Notes under the pieces: model-generated
What the model was told of the DNA's origin: nothing
The model's database searches: none
Seen by the model: only the letters and a program-made list of their open reading frames with translations
Program-made: the position numbers and the translations under genes
Shown: positions 37,006-46,790 of the stretch, piece after piece
How the letters are laid out: each line of letters begins with the position of its first letter
Position numbering within the stretch: the first letter of the stretch is position 1
Virus record (IMG/VR): IMGVR_UViG_2864937364_000001
Location: 1,123-65,122 of that record
Source of the DNA: a virus
Length of the DNA: 64,000 bases
Direction: 5' to 3' (one strand)

Positions 37006-38061
37006 TTACATCTGTCGGCTCAGGAATGCCTCGATCTGCGCTGGGGACATCTTTTCCATGGCGCTTGCCAGGTTCGCGCCGTCCAGGGCGGCAAGGGTGT
37101 CGTGCACAGAAGTGCCACCAGACCGCCCGCCCGGGATGCCGGACAGGCTGTTGGGGATGGCCGGTGCTGCAGATGCAATCGCGGCCTTGACGGCGGCCTT
37201 GGGGTCGGGTGCTGCCGGCGCGGGGGCTGGCGTGATGCCTTCCTCCTTCTTGTACCGGGTGAACACCGCGATCAGGTCCGCTGTCTCGCCGCTTTCCAGC
37301 ACGCCACGGATGGCCGCTTGCTCGTAGGCCGGCTTGTCGCCGATCCACTTCTGTAGCTCCGTGCTCTGCCAGATAGAAACTGCATCGGGGTGGGCCTTCA
37401 AAACAGCGGACCGGTGTTCTTCAGCGGCCTGCTCTTCTTGGGACTTCACGGATTGCTCGTGACGTTCCTTAAAGGGTTTCAGAGCCTCTGCCACCGCAGC
37501 AGCAACACGCTGGTCAACCAGCGTGTCGATGCCCTTGGCCATGGCCTCCTCGGACATATCGCCGAAGATGCTGATGTCCACGCCCGCCTTCTTTGCGGCG
37601 TCCACGGCAGCAACCATGTTGTCCTGCTGCGTGGGCGCTTGCCCGCTGTCCGCGCGAGCCTGGGCCGCCGCGCGCAGCGTGGCAAGCTCCTGTTCTGCGG
37701 CCTGATGCTGTGCCTGGAGCGCTTCGGCCTGGGCCTTCCAATGCTGCTCGCCTTGGCGCGCGTCCACCAGCTTCTGGTAGTCGATGGTGTGCACACCATC
37801 CTTTGCCAGCAGCACGGGGGTCTTGTCGCCTTCGGGGGCAGCATCGGCGGCCGGCTTTGCGCCCTCGCCCTTGTCGTCTTCCTTTTCGCCGCCTTCGTTG
37901 TCGCCCGCCGAGGTGGTGCTACCGGGCAGTGCACCGCTATCCGAGGGCTTGCCCCCGGTGTCGCCCATTGCGCGGAGCATCAGCTCCGCAGCCTGTTCGG
38001 GGGACAGCGCGCCGGTTACTTCGGTGCTGTCGAGAAATTCCTGAGTTGCTTGGTTCGTCAT
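37006..38061 (-). CDS. Capsid scaffolding protein (putative)
   Basis: Acidic, helical; between portal and capsid. Confidence 0.7.
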   Translation of the reverse strand: MTNQATQEFLDSTEVTGALSPEQAAELMLRAMGDTGGKPSDSGALPGSTTSAGDNEGGEKEDDKGEGAKPAADAAPEGDKTPVLLAKDGVHTIDYQKLVDARQGEQHWKAQAEALQAQHQAAEQELATLRAAAQARADSGQAPTQQDNMVAAVDAAKKAGVDISIFGDMSEEAMAKGIDTLVDQRVAAAVAEALKPFKERHEQSVKSQEEQAAEEHRSAVLKAHPDAVSIWQSTELQKWIGDKPAYEQAAIRGVLESGETADLIAVFTRYKKEEGITPAPAPAAPDPKAAVKAAIASAAPAIPNSLSGIPGGRSGGTSVHDTLAALDGANLASAMEKMSPAQIEAFLSRQM

Positions 38062-38166
38062 CTACCTGTTCCCACCACATATCGCCGTGGCCGCTGGGGT
38101 CCAGTTGCCCATTCGCGACCGAGGCCGCGAACCTCGCCCAACGCTCGCGCGTCAGGCTTGGCCGGC

Positions 38167-38210
38167 AGTGTGGGAAAGGAGGGGCGAAAAGCGAAACACT
38201 AGAGCCGCGC
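38167..38210 (-). promoter_or_regulatory. Putative phage late promoter (scaffold/capsid)
   Basis: TAGTGTT at 38195-38201, 22 nt spacer, CACACT. Confidence 0.65.
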
Positions 38211-38211
38211 G

Positions 38212-40548
38212 CTATGCCGCCTGCAGGTTGTCGGCGGTGCTGGATGTCTCGATACCTTGCATCGCGCTGGGACCGTCCTGCGGAACCGGAGGGAACTGGG
38301 GACTTGTGTTCTGGCGAACTTCTGTCGCCGCGCCCTCCCCTGCCTCGGCCTCCAGCTCTGGCCCCTCTCCCTGGATGTAGGGGGACTTGATGTTCATGGC
38401 CGCCGTGGTGTCCGCCACAGGAATGTTGGGGTCCACGCCGCCCGGCGTAGGCCTCCAGCCAGCGCCCTGCATCACCTTGTCCGCGATGGGCGCGATCATG
38501 GGCATCTGCGCCACCTGGGTGCCGGTCTGCATCGCGCTGAAAGCGGTCTGCACACCGATGTTGACGGCCTCGCGCATGAGCTTCTCGATTTCCGCGTCGC
38601 CCTTCTTCTCCTTGAGCGCGATTTCCCGCATCTTCACTTCCAGCCCGGAGCGGTCGAGCGCGTCCTGCACGGCCTGGGCAATGCGGGCTTCGATCTGCTC
38701 GGGTGTCTCCTGCTGGGCCGCCGCGCGCAGGGCCTCGGTGATCTTGTCCTTGAATGGGATGTCCGTGAGGGCCACCAGATACTGGGCCATGATCGACTGG
38801 TACTGCGGCGGCATGCTCTTGGTCGCCTCGGACAGCGCATTGAGCTGCTGACCTTGGTAGGTGCTGCTGCTGGGCGCATCGGACACGCCGACCATGAGGC
38901 GCGTGCGCTGCAGGTCGTTGGACAGGTAGGGATAGCCCGTCACCTCGTCAATCTCGGGTTTGTTGATGTGGATGGTCCGCTCTGCCGAAACCGCATCCCC
39001 AGGGATCACCACGGCCTGCGCGCTGTCCCCGATGTCCTCCACGATCATGGACAGCAGCAGCTCGCCCACCTGCGTGCGTGCCGCCTTGTGGTTGTCCATC
39101 ATCCGGCCCAGGCCCTGGTTCGCCTGATCTACCTGCCTATCCTCCTGCTGGCCGCTTCGTGCCGTGCCGGGCCGGCCCGTAAAAGCGTTTGGAGTGGCCC
39201 CAATGCGGTCGATGGCGCCGCGCGCGTCATCCAGCATGCGAAACTGCTGGTCGGTGAGCTGGAAATCGCGGATCACCTCGTGCCGCGCACCTGGCTGCGC
39301 CATGGCCGCAGGGTTCAGCACGATGTCTGCGTTGCGGCGGCCGATCTGCTTGCGGTACTGCTCGTCCGTCATGGCCACAGCGCCCTTGGTGCGCTCAGTG
39401 CGCACCGCTCCCATGCCCCAGCGCAGCAGAGCCGAACCACTGTTCAGGCTGTCCTGCTGGTACATCACGCCCCGGATGTAGCCGTAGGGCACCGTGGTGC
39501 CGTCCTCGCGGAACCCGAAGAACGGCACATAGGGGAAGTGCCGGTGCGCATAGGGGGTCGGGCTGTCGTGCAGGCAATGCGGACCAAGCCAGTAGCTGCG
39601 CCGCACCCGCGCCACGGTCGCCAGCGTGTACTTGGTCGTGCCAGTGGCAATGGCGTAGTTGTGCGCCTGGTTGTTCTCGTCGTACTCCACCACGCGGCCA
39701 TCAGGCGACGTGAGCACGCCCACCTCGACCCAGCGGCGGTACCACACCTCGGCCACGCACACTTCTGTGGTCAGCGGGTTGTAGAACCGGTCTTCCGCAA
39801 CGGTCCATCCACGGGCCTGGTTCCATGAATTGCGCAGCCCGGTCGATGCCCCGCCTTCCAGGGTTTCGATGGACTCGGCCGTGCTCCACCAGCTCGCGCC
39901 GTACTTTCCGTACTGCTTGATGAGTTCGCGGTGCTCCTTGAAGATGGACAGCAGGCGGCTAGGGTGCATCCAGCGCAGGCGCCGCAGGTAGCGCGCGTCT
40001 TCGAGGAGGTCTTTCTTGGATGCCCAGTCCCAGTGGATCTCATTGCGGTGGACGTGCACGCACTGGTAGGGATACTCGAAGGGATCGGAGGACCGCGATA
40101 CCTCCACCCAGCCCAGGCCAACGCCCGCCTGGGGCCTGAATGCGTCGCTGCAGGCGCGGTCTGCCTTGGAGTGGCGCTCCGCCTCGTTCAGCTTGAAGTT
40201 GAGGGCATCTGCCACGTCCTGGCCGCCCGCATTGCCATTGGGCTTCACGCGCCAGTCCGTGCGAATGGCCGTCTCGTAGCCCTGCAGGGCCAGCATCATG
40301 GGGCCGGTCTTGTCCTCCACCGCTGGCGGGATGCCCAGGTCGGCATTGGCACGCAGCAGGTCGGAGTTGAGCTGGTTGCCGTCCGCGTAGTCCATCTCCC
40401 TGTCGGCAGCGCCGCGCCAAGGTGGCTGGGCCTCAATCTCGCGGATGATGTCTGTGTATTCCGCCAGGGTCAGCGGTACGTCGCCCTCGGGCGTCAGGGG
40501 CGCGCCGTCTTCGTCGTACTCAGCGGTGTCGTGTGCATGGTTGAGCAT
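38212..40548 (-). CDS. Portal protein
   Basis: WRGAADREMDYADGNQ, GVGLGWVEV, FPYVPFFG; directly after large terminase. Confidence 0.88.
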   Translation of the reverse strand: MLNHAHDTAEYDEDGAPLTPEGDVPLTLAEYTDIIREIEAQPPWRGAADREMDYADGNQLNSDLLRANADLGIPPAVEDKTGPMMLALQGYETAIRTDWRVKPNGNAGGQDVADALNFKLNEAERHSKADRACSDAFRPQAGVGLGWVEVSRSSDPFEYPYQCVHVHRNEIHWDWASKKDLLEDARYLRRLRWMHPSRLLSIFKEHRELIKQYGKYGASWWSTAESIETLEGGASTGLRNSWNQARGWTVAEDRFYNPLTTEVCVAEVWYRRWVEVGVLTSPDGRVVEYDENNQAHNYAIATGTTKYTLATVARVRRSYWLGPHCLHDSPTPYAHRHFPYVPFFGFREDGTTVPYGYIRGVMYQQDSLNSGSALLRWGMGAVRTERTKGAVAMTDEQYRKQIGRRNADIVLNPAAMAQPGARHEVIRDFQLTDQQFRMLDDARGAIDRIGATPNAFTGRPGTARSGQQEDRQVDQANQGLGRMMDNHKAARTQVGELLLSMIVEDIGDSAQAVVIPGDAVSAERTIHINKPEIDEVTGYPYLSNDLQRTRLMVGVSDAPSSSTYQGQQLNALSEATKSMPPQYQSIMAQYLVALTDIPFKDKITEALRAAAQQETPEQIEARIAQAVQDALDRSGLEVKMREIALKEKKGDAEIEKLMREAVNIGVQTAFSAMQTGTQVAQMPMIAPIADKVMQGAGWRPTPGGVDPNIPVADTTAAMNIKSPYIQGEGPELEAEAGEGAATEVRQNTSPQFPPVPQDGPSAMQGIETSSTADNLQAA

Positions 40549-40556
40549 GGTGTTTC

Positions 40557-42137
40557 CTATCTCCAATCGGGTGCAGGCGCCTCGCGGTAGCCCTGGTCTT
40601 CTGAAAGCATTTCGACCATCCCCAGCTCTTCGGCCTGGGCCCACTGGCGCAGGGCATCGGCGGCCTCGGAGCAGCCGTTGGCCTTGTCGGGCTGGTCAAT
40701 GAATCGGTTCTCGGCACGGCTGAACTTCTTGCGGTAGCCCTGCAGGCGCTGCAGGCCCAACTCGCAGCCCTTGGCGTCAAAGTACGCCCTCTTCATGTGC
40801 TTGCGGGTGCTCTGGATGCCGGCCATCAGGTCGGTGATGCGCGGCACGATCATGAAAGCCTGCCCAGGCATCAGCTCCTGCAACTGGTCCTTGATGGACT
40901 TGTTGAAGTCGCCCAGGCGCTTGTGGTCCGCGTCATGCGGCAGGAAGTGCGCGCCGAACAGGTAGCCCGTGCTCTGCAGGTGGCGCGCGTAGTGCCGCAA
41001 GTCTTCGTCGTGCCCTTCGTAGTAGCCGATGACGCGCGGCTCATTGCGCAGGAACTGGATGAACCATATGGCGCAGCCGTCGCGGTTCCCGATGTCCCAG
41101 AAGGTGAACACCGGGAGGTCCAGCGTGGGTACCGTGGTGATGCCGCCGCGCTTGCGCAGGGCCACCATGTCCTTGGCGTAGTAGTTGCCCTTGGTGCTGA
41201 TCTGGAAGGCCTCGGCGGGCGTACTGGGGTACTCCTGCCACATCTTTTCCTCGGCCCCCGTGAAGTCGGCGTCGAGGGTGGCGATGTACCAAGTGCGCTG
41301 GCCCTGGTCGATGGTGCAGCCCATGGTCTGCTCCACCTCTTCGAAATACTCGTGCTGCTCCACGCTGATGGGCACCGCGCCGGGCTCCATCGTGTACTCG
41401 GGGTTCTGCCACCACGCATAGAAGTGGAAACGGTAGTCCCGCTGCGTCTCCTTGCGGCCGGCGAAATGCAGCGTCTCCGCGCGCTGTGAAAGGTCGAAGA
41501 ACTCGCCTTCGGGGCCTTCGGCCGTGCTCTCGATCACCAAGATGCCGTTCAGGGGCACCGCGGGGATGGAGCCGGTGATGACTTCCTTGGCCTTCAGCGG
41601 GTACTGCGCGCAGATCTTCCCGAACTCCGACACATGCAGCCGGTGGATGGTCCCGGACCGCATGGACGTGGCCACGCGGATGGAGCTGTTGTTGTGCGCG
41701 AACAGCAGTTCGGTGGCGCTATCACGCGCCAGTGGGAACCGCACGCGGATGGGCTCGGGCAGGTTCTCGTAGGCAAACTTCACCTTGTCCCGGAAGATGG
41801 CCTCGGCGGCCTCGCGGTCCTGCGCGATGATCCCGCACCGCTGGTTGGCATTGAACAGGGCATGGTCCAGCCACAGCAGCGCAATCAGGGTCGTGAAGCC
41901 CAGTTGGCGCGCCTTGAGGATCAGGTTCCGGTGCCACAGCCGCGCAATAAACCGCTTCTGCGCCCGGTTGGGCTTGAAGGGCACCACGAAATCATCGGCG
42001 CCCTCGCCACCCTTGATCATGATCTTGTAGAGGCACCCGCTGAACAGCCGCCATTCAGGATTCGACAGGCAGCGCTCCAGCTCTGCCGCATTGGTGGGCA
42101 GGGTGTTCAGCGGGGTGGTGCGCATCGCCATCGTCAA
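40557..42137 (-). CDS. terL: Terminase large subunit
   Basis: ILKARQLGFTT Walker A, LHVSE Walker B, IESTAEG, WDIG nuclease motif. Confidence 0.93.
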   Translation of the reverse strand: MTMAMRTTPLNTLPTNAAELERCLSNPEWRLFSGCLYKIMIKGGEGADDFVVPFKPNRAQKRFIARLWHRNLILKARQLGFTTLIALLWLDHALFNANQRCGIIAQDREAAEAIFRDKVKFAYENLPEPIRVRFPLARDSATELLFAHNNSSIRVATSMRSGTIHRLHVSEFGKICAQYPLKAKEVITGSIPAVPLNGILVIESTAEGPEGEFFDLSQRAETLHFAGRKETQRDYRFHFYAWWQNPEYTMEPGAVPISVEQHEYFEEVEQTMGCTIDQGQRTWYIATLDADFTGAEEKMWQEYPSTPAEAFQISTKGNYYAKDMVALRKRGGITTVPTLDLPVFTFWDIGNRDGCAIWFIQFLRNEPRVIGYYEGHDEDLRHYARHLQSTGYLFGAHFLPHDADHKRLGDFNKSIKDQLQELMPGQAFMIVPRITDLMAGIQSTRKHMKRAYFDAKGCELGLQRLQGYRKKFSRAENRFIDQPDKANGCSEAADALRQWAQAEELGMVEMLSEDQGYREAPAPDWR

Positions 42138-43126
42138 CGCCAGTCCGGCTCGGGGCCTGGGTCAGCCTTGGGCGTGAAAGCGCTTGGCGCGGCCATGCCC
42201 GTGGGCTTCTCGGGGTCCACCGCCTGGGGCATGAAGCCGTTGCTGTTCCCGCCCGCAATGGCGTGCAGCAGGTTCTTGAGCGGATCGCCCTTCTGGTTGT
42301 TGTCCCGCTCGTAGGCGCCGAGGTGCTTCATCAGCTTCTCGGCCGCGTCCAGGCGAGAGTGCATCTGCACCTCGATACCGTGCTTGCCGTGCTTGGCGCC
42401 GGCATACAGGGCGGCTGTCGCCGGGGACAAGCGCCGCGTGTCCCCGAGGACAACACGGGGACATCCATCGCCATGGCATTCCGGGCACATGGGGTGCGCA
42501 TCGCGCAGGGGGGAGTAGCCAACGCCGCCCTGTTCCTCCCAGTCCTCCTGGGGCTTGCCGCTCTCCCGGAACTGCTCGCGGTCGTGGTTGTACTCGGACA
42601 GGGTGCGCTGGTACCGGTGCCCTTCGCCCCAGCAATGGCGGCAGCAACCTACCTGCACCTGCACCAGCTCGCGCGCATCCGCAGAGAAGATGTTCCACAG
42701 GCCCAGCACCACCTTGTCGGCGGAAATCTGCGTCCGCTCCTGCTGCGCCTTCATGGCGGCTGCAATCGCCGTCTGGATGCTAAGTTTTGCTAAGAGCTGG
42801 GCCGCCTGCTCGTTGGCCGTCCTGGCGCTGTATCCGGCCCGAATGGCGGCCTGGGTGCCATTCAGATCAATGAGGTATTCATCGACAAACCTCTGCTGGC
42901 GGGGGGTGAGCTGGTCTGTCGTGACGTCTTCGGGGACATCCTCGCCAGTCCCTTGCGTGTCCCTGGGGACAAGCTGGTTTGCCTCTTGGGCCGTGGGTGT
43001 TGGCTCCTTGTGGGCAGGCGTGCCAGATCCTGCAGGCTTCCCTTTGGAGGCTGCAGGCTTCTTGGTGCTGGGGGTGGGGGCCTTCTTAGGCGCGGCCCTC
43101 TTGCGCGAGGGGGGTGTGGTTGCCAT
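42134..43126 (-). CDS. terS: Terminase small subunit with Zn-finger
   Basis: QQRFVDEYLIDLNGTQAAIRAGYS; CCRHC...CPECHGDG. Confidence 0.9.
   Translation of the reverse strand: MATTPPSRKRAAPKKAPTPSTKKPAASKGKPAGSGTPAHKEPTPTAQEANQLVPRDTQGTGEDVPEDVTTDQLTPRQQRFVDEYLIDLNGTQAAIRAGYSARTANEQAAQLLAKLSIQTAIAAAMKAQQERTQISADKVVLGLWNIFSADARELVQVQVGCCRHCWGEGHRYQRTLSEYNHDREQFRESGKPQEDWEEQGGVGYSPLRDAHPMCPECHGDGCPRVVLGDTRRLSPATAALYAGAKHGKHGIEVQMHSRLDAAEKLMKHLGAYERDNNQKGDPLKNLLHAIAGGNSNGFMPQAVDPEKPTGMAAPSAFTPKADPGPEPDWR
42416..42452. repeat. Pair of 14-bp TGTC-N6-GACA palindromic sites inside terS
   Basis: TGTCGCCGGGGACA 42416-42429; TGTCCCCGAGGACA 42439-42452. Confidence 0.6.
42925..42971. repeat. Second pair of the same sites inside terS
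   Basis: CGTCTTCGGGGACA 42925-42938; TGTCCCTGGGGACA 42958-42971. Confidence 0.6.
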
Positions 43127-43134
43127 GGGCCGGG

Positions 43135-43180
43135 AGTCTTGTGGCTCCCGGCATGGCTGTCGAACACTACAGGGGCGCGG
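43135..43180 (-). promoter_or_regulatory. Putative phage late promoter (terS, leaderless)
   Basis: TAGTGTT at 43163-43169, 22 nt spacer, AAGACT, ATG 8 nt later. Confidence 0.65.
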
Positions 43181-43197
43181 CCCCTATGCGGGGTGCC

Positions 43198-43677
43198 CTA
43201 CCCCATGATGGGCTTGCCGCCCCTATTGGCCGCAATGAGCGCGTTCATTTCCGTGGTGGCCTGATCGAGCTGGTTTGCGGCCATGCCAGCGGCGTCCACC
43301 GTGGTGGGCTCGGCCGCCAGTGCTTTCATCTGCTCTGGTGTGGCGCGCAGTTGATAGCCACCTCGGCCCGCAACGGACCGTCCGCGCAGCCAGTTGAGCA
43401 CATCGCTGCGCTCTCGCATGCTCTGCACCTCGTACAGCAGGCCCTCCAGGGGTTCGGCTACCTCGGGCGCTGGCAGCGCCAGCCCCGAGATAGATCTGGT
43501 CGCGGTGGCCAGGGCCTGCAGAAGGGCGCTCGCCTCCACCTCTAGGGCGGCGATTGCCTGCACGGCTTCATCCCTTCTGCTCAACGCGGCTTGCACGGCG
43601 GCGGCCATATCGGCCGTGATCGTGGCGCCTACGACAAAGCCGGCCTGGGCCAGCTCGGTTTCAGTGGATTGCTGCAT
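43198..43677 (-). CDS. Hypothetical protein
   Basis: 159 aa, GGAG SD, helical. Confidence 0.6.
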   Translation of the reverse strand: MQQSTETELAQAGFVVGATITADMAAAVQAALSRRDEAVQAIAALEVEASALLQALATATRSISGLALPAPEVAEPLEGLLYEVQSMRERSDVLNWLRGRSVAGRGGYQLRATPEQMKALAAEPTTVDAAGMAANQLDQATTEMNALIAANRGGKPIMG

Positions 43678-43836
43678 ACGCGCTCCAGGGTTGCGGGTTG
43701 ATGGGTGCGGGGTGGTCGGCCGCCCAGGTGATACCGTAGGGGTCGCAATGCCGCGTCCTGCCGTCCCGGCCGGTGCCCCATCCCTCGGTGCTGTAGGCCA
43801 TGTGCCAGCGCCAGTCAGCTTCGGTGGGCTGGAGGG

Positions 43837-44049
43837 CTAGTCGGCCTTTGGCTTCTTGAGCCGCTTGTGTGCCGCCTCCACTGTGGCGCGAAGCCATTTG
43901 TTTCCGCCAAGCTCGTGGAACATGGCCCACTGCTCCTGCGTCATGCCCACGCTCTTGGAGATTGCTTTCTGCTCGGGCGGAATGGGGTTGCGCCCCTGGC
44001 CTCGGTCGCTCGGTGGGCGCTTGATCTGATCTGGCTCGGCATTGCTCAT
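43837..44049 (-). CDS. Small putative DNA-binding protein (RHH-like)
   Basis: DRGQGRNP...SVGMTQEQWAMFHELGGNKWLRATVE. Confidence 0.6.
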   Translation of the reverse strand: MSNAEPDQIKRPPSDRGQGRNPIPPEQKAISKSVGMTQEQWAMFHELGGNKWLRATVEAAHKRLKKPKAD

Positions 44050-44105
44050 GGTCTGGCTGCTCTTTCGGTGCGCTCGTCGTCATTCTCTGCTGCTTGTCCC
44101 TGCAT

Positions 44106-44142
44106 TGTCCCTTGGGACAGTCATTCGATGTCCCTTGGGACA
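44106..44142. repeat. Two identical 14-bp palindromic sites TGTCCCTTGGGACA
   Basis: 44106-44119 and 44129-44142, intergenic. Confidence 0.8.
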
Positions 44143-44164
44143 GTTGGCCATTGTCATGGAGACA

Positions 44165-44551
44165 TCAGGCGGTCGAACGGTTCCCTGCGTCGGCAAGCGA
44201 AGCAATGATGATGCGGCCCTCAGTAGCTGCCAGCAAGCCAGTGGATGGATGCGCGTCCATGAACGCATTGGCATCCCTCGTGCCCTGCTCGCCCTCGGCA
44301 TACTCGGCCACGATGGCGAAATCCCGCCCGAAGTGCCGATACCAGCGCGGTTCGTAGTGAATGCCAGGCAGGCCGTAGAGCCGGGCCATGTGCAGCGGAT
44401 CACGTCCTTCGCGACCTGGCTCGCTGATCCAATCCGCGCAGGCCCGGCAGATGCCGTAGCCGTCATCGCGGTTCCAATGCTGCTGCCAGCGGCCGGCGCC
44501 TGCGCCGCATACACAGCAAGTCATGTTGCGGGTGGTGGGGGTGCTTTCCAT
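44165..44551 (-). CDS. Hypothetical Zn-binding protein
   Basis: CCVCG...WNRDDGYGICRAC; GAGG SD. Confidence 0.65.
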   Translation of the reverse strand: MESTPTTRNMTCCVCGAGAGRWQQHWNRDDGYGICRACADWISEPGREGRDPLHMARLYGLPGIHYEPRWYRHFGRDFAIVAEYAEGEQGTRDANAFMDAHPSTGLLAATEGRIIIASLADAGNRSTA

Positions 44552-44553
44552 GG

Positions 44554-45162
44554 TCAACCTCGCGTCAGGGCGTCGAGGGCCACACGGTGCGCGCGCGGGT
44601 CGTTTGGGTTTGCCTGCAGCTCGCCCAGGGCTGTCTTCAGCTTGTCGCGCTCGGCCCAAGTCTCCATGAGCAGTTGAAACACGGGCGTCAAGTCGTCAGC
44701 AGCCTTCACCAGCGCATCGGTAGGGATGCCATCGCATGCGTTCCAGCACGCCGCGAGCCGGCGCACGTTCTCGCGCTGGGTAGGAACGTGCTGCTCTCCG
44801 TTGTGGAGAATTCCGAACAGCCAACGGCCCTCGCAATCAAGGGTGTAGGAGTTGGAGGCAAAGCCATCCTCCCTGGTGGTCAACCGCCCCTGCGTGTGGT
44901 CGGCCAGAGCGACGGGCGCAGCCCGCTGCGGTTCCACGTCCGGCGCGGCATGCAGGAGAACGGCGGCTTCCCCCAGCCCCGTGCCGGACACGCTGGCGTC
45001 CCCGATGCTGTGGCGATAGCACGCGGTGGCAGCGCTCCAGGCGCGCGAAGCAATCCGTGCAAGGCGGTCGCTGGCCAGGGAAAGGTGTGCGCCGTTGAAG
45101 CCACTGCCCTCGGCCATGGCCGCGATGCTGGTAGCGAGCTGCTTGTTGGTGGTGGATGTCAT
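44554..45162 (-). CDS. Hypothetical protein
   Basis: NVRRLAACWNACDGIPT motif common in phage accessory proteins. Confidence 0.65.
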   Translation of the reverse strand: MTSTTNKQLATSIAAMAEGSGFNGAHLSLASDRLARIASRAWSAATACYRHSIGDASVSGTGLGEAAVLLHAAPDVEPQRAAPVALADHTQGRLTTREDGFASNSYTLDCEGRWLFGILHNGEQHVPTQRENVRRLAACWNACDGIPTDALVKAADDLTPVFQLLMETWAERDKLKTALGELQANPNDPRAHRVALDALTRG

Positions 45163-45171
45163 GGGGATCTT

Positions 45172-45279
45172 TCAGGCGAGGGCGAGAGGTTCAATGGAGG
45201 CCGGGGCGCGCGTAGCGATCCAGCAGAAGTTTTCGGCGGCCAGCAGCGCGAGCACTGCGGCCTTGTCCCAGTTGGTCAT
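45172..45279 (-). CDS. Small hypothetical peptide (35 aa)
   Basis: AAGGAG SD, MTNWDKAAVLALL..., fills gap between neighbours. Confidence 0.4.
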   Translation of the reverse strand: MTNWDKAAVLALLAAENFCWIATRAPASIEPLALA

Positions 45280-45292
45280 GGCCGCAGGCTCC

Positions 45293-45979
45293 TTACAGCA
45301 CGTTGCTGATGTCGTCGGCGAAGCGGTTGGCGCCTGCCAACACTTCTTCCAGGCTGACGTGGTAGTCGCACATCACATCCCAACCGTCATTGCCATACAC
45401 AAGGTAGATGCTCCCGAAGAGCTGGCGGCGGTCGGAGCCCTCGGCAGGCACGCGGCGCACGACGAGTCGCTCCTCATCACAGGCGCACACTTCATCCATG
45501 ATGGCGTTCACGTCGCGGGAGTGTGCGAGCGGGATGTCTTCCCCGTCATCTACGCTGATGGTGTAGGCAGGGCCTTCCTCGCACACCACGGACAGGATGT
45601 CCGTGACGGCGCGACGGATCACAGCGCGCTCAACCAAGATGCGCAGGCGGATGGAGAAGTCCTTGATACGGCTGCTGGCGAAATAGCGCGAGTCGTCGGC
45701 GACTTCGTACACCTCGCGGGTTGCCTGGCTGCGCAGGGATTCCACCACATTCCGTGCATCGGCCAGCGCTGCGGCCTCTACCTCCCCCCGCACCAGGGCC
45801 ACTGCAGCGGCGATTTCCGCGCGCGCTGGACGGTCCTCGGTTGCAGGCCATGAATTTTCCAGCTCGATGGCGATTTCGCCGTCGCTGTCTTCGGCCAGCA
45901 GGGTGCGCAGGGCGTCGAGCGAAGCGGCGCGCATGAACTGGGAGACACGTTCGTAGGTGGTGGTCAGGGCTTGGTTCAT
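45293..45979 (-). CDS. Hypothetical protein
   Basis: 228 aa, acidic, AAGGAG SD, C-terminal LVYGNDGWDVMCDY. Confidence 0.7.
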   Translation of the reverse strand: MNQALTTTYERVSQFMRAASLDALRTLLAEDSDGEIAIELENSWPATEDRPARAEIAAAVALVRGEVEAAALADARNVVESLRSQATREVYEVADDSRYFASSRIKDFSIRLRILVERAVIRRAVTDILSVVCEEGPAYTISVDDGEDIPLAHSRDVNAIMDEVCACDEERLVVRRVPAEGSDRRQLFGSIYLVYGNDGWDVMCDYHVSLEEVLAGANRFADDISNVL

Positions 45980-46008
45980 TCAATCTCTCCTTGGGTTGGT
46001 GTGATTGA

Positions 46009-46038
46009 ATTATCAGTGGTTTTATTCAAAACAGTCAA
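46009..46038 (-). promoter_or_regulatory. Putative sigma70 promoter for accessory cluster
   Basis: TTGACT-18 nt-GATAAT in AT-rich patch. Confidence 0.6.
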
Positions 46039-46327
46039 CTGATTTTTCCAACTGTTTTTTCAAATCGCCAAAGCTCTTGTAGTACGGGTTGCGCCGAAAC
46101 TCCGGGTGCTCCTTGCAGATGGCCTCGTAGACCCCCGCATGGATGTAGTAAGGGGGCCCGATGTACTGCTCTGAAAATCCCAGGGCGATTGCCTTCAACA
46201 CTCCCTGCAGCGTGCACTGGGGTCGAGGCGCGCGCTGTTTCTCTTGGGCAAGCACGAGGCCATGAGGAAGGTGGCCCGCAATAGAGAATGGCCCGCCCCC
46301 ATACTGGGGGCGGGGCAGATCACGCAT
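46022..46327 (-). CDS. Hypothetical protein
   Basis: Start MRDLPRPQY overlapping upstream stop. Confidence 0.45.
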   Translation of the reverse strand: MRDLPRPQYGGGPFSIAGHLPHGLVLAQEKQRAPRPQCTLQGVLKAIALGFSEQYIGPPYYIHAGVYEAICKEHPEFRRNPYYKSFGDLKKQLEKSVDCFE

Positions 46328-46790
46328 GCTTGGCCCCTTTGCCATTGGCCCGCCGCTCTCGGTCACGCTGGATCTTCTCTACGCGGCCAAGGCGAGCATC
46401 CATGGTGCTTGCGAGGTGGTTGCCTGCAATGCCGATCAACTTCACCAGCGCGCCGGCAGACAGATCCGCCAAAGTGCGGTCCTCTTGTGGAGAGAGGTTC
46501 AGGATCTGGTCGCCAACCTCGTACTTCACGATCCCGCCGGGCAGGATCGTGCGGCTCATGGGCCGGGTTTCGTGGAACTTTTCAGCGGGCGCGTACTTCC
46601 CGCGCTCCAGGCGCACCAACGTCCCTTCGATGTTGATAAGCACGCGGATGCGTTCATCAACGATGTGCATGGGCAGGCCCGTCGCGATCTGCAGCGCTTC
46701 GCGCGTCACTTCCTGTTCCTGGGCAGCCAACTCGCGGGCCGCGTCGAGCACCATTTGGCTGCTGGTAATTTCACTGTTGTGCTTCGTCAT
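46320..46790 (-). CDS. Winged-HTH protein, candidate late-gene activator
   Basis: VTREALQIATGLPMHIVDERIRVL...LVRLERGKY; near the end of the replication/nin operon. Confidence 0.6.
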   Translation of the reverse strand: MTKHNSEITSSQMVLDAARELAAQEQEVTREALQIATGLPMHIVDERIRVLINIEGTLVRLERGKYAPAEKFHETRPMSRTILPGGIVKYEVGDQILNLSPQEDRTLADLSAGALVKLIGIAGNHLASTMDARLGRVEKIQRDRERRANGKGAKHA

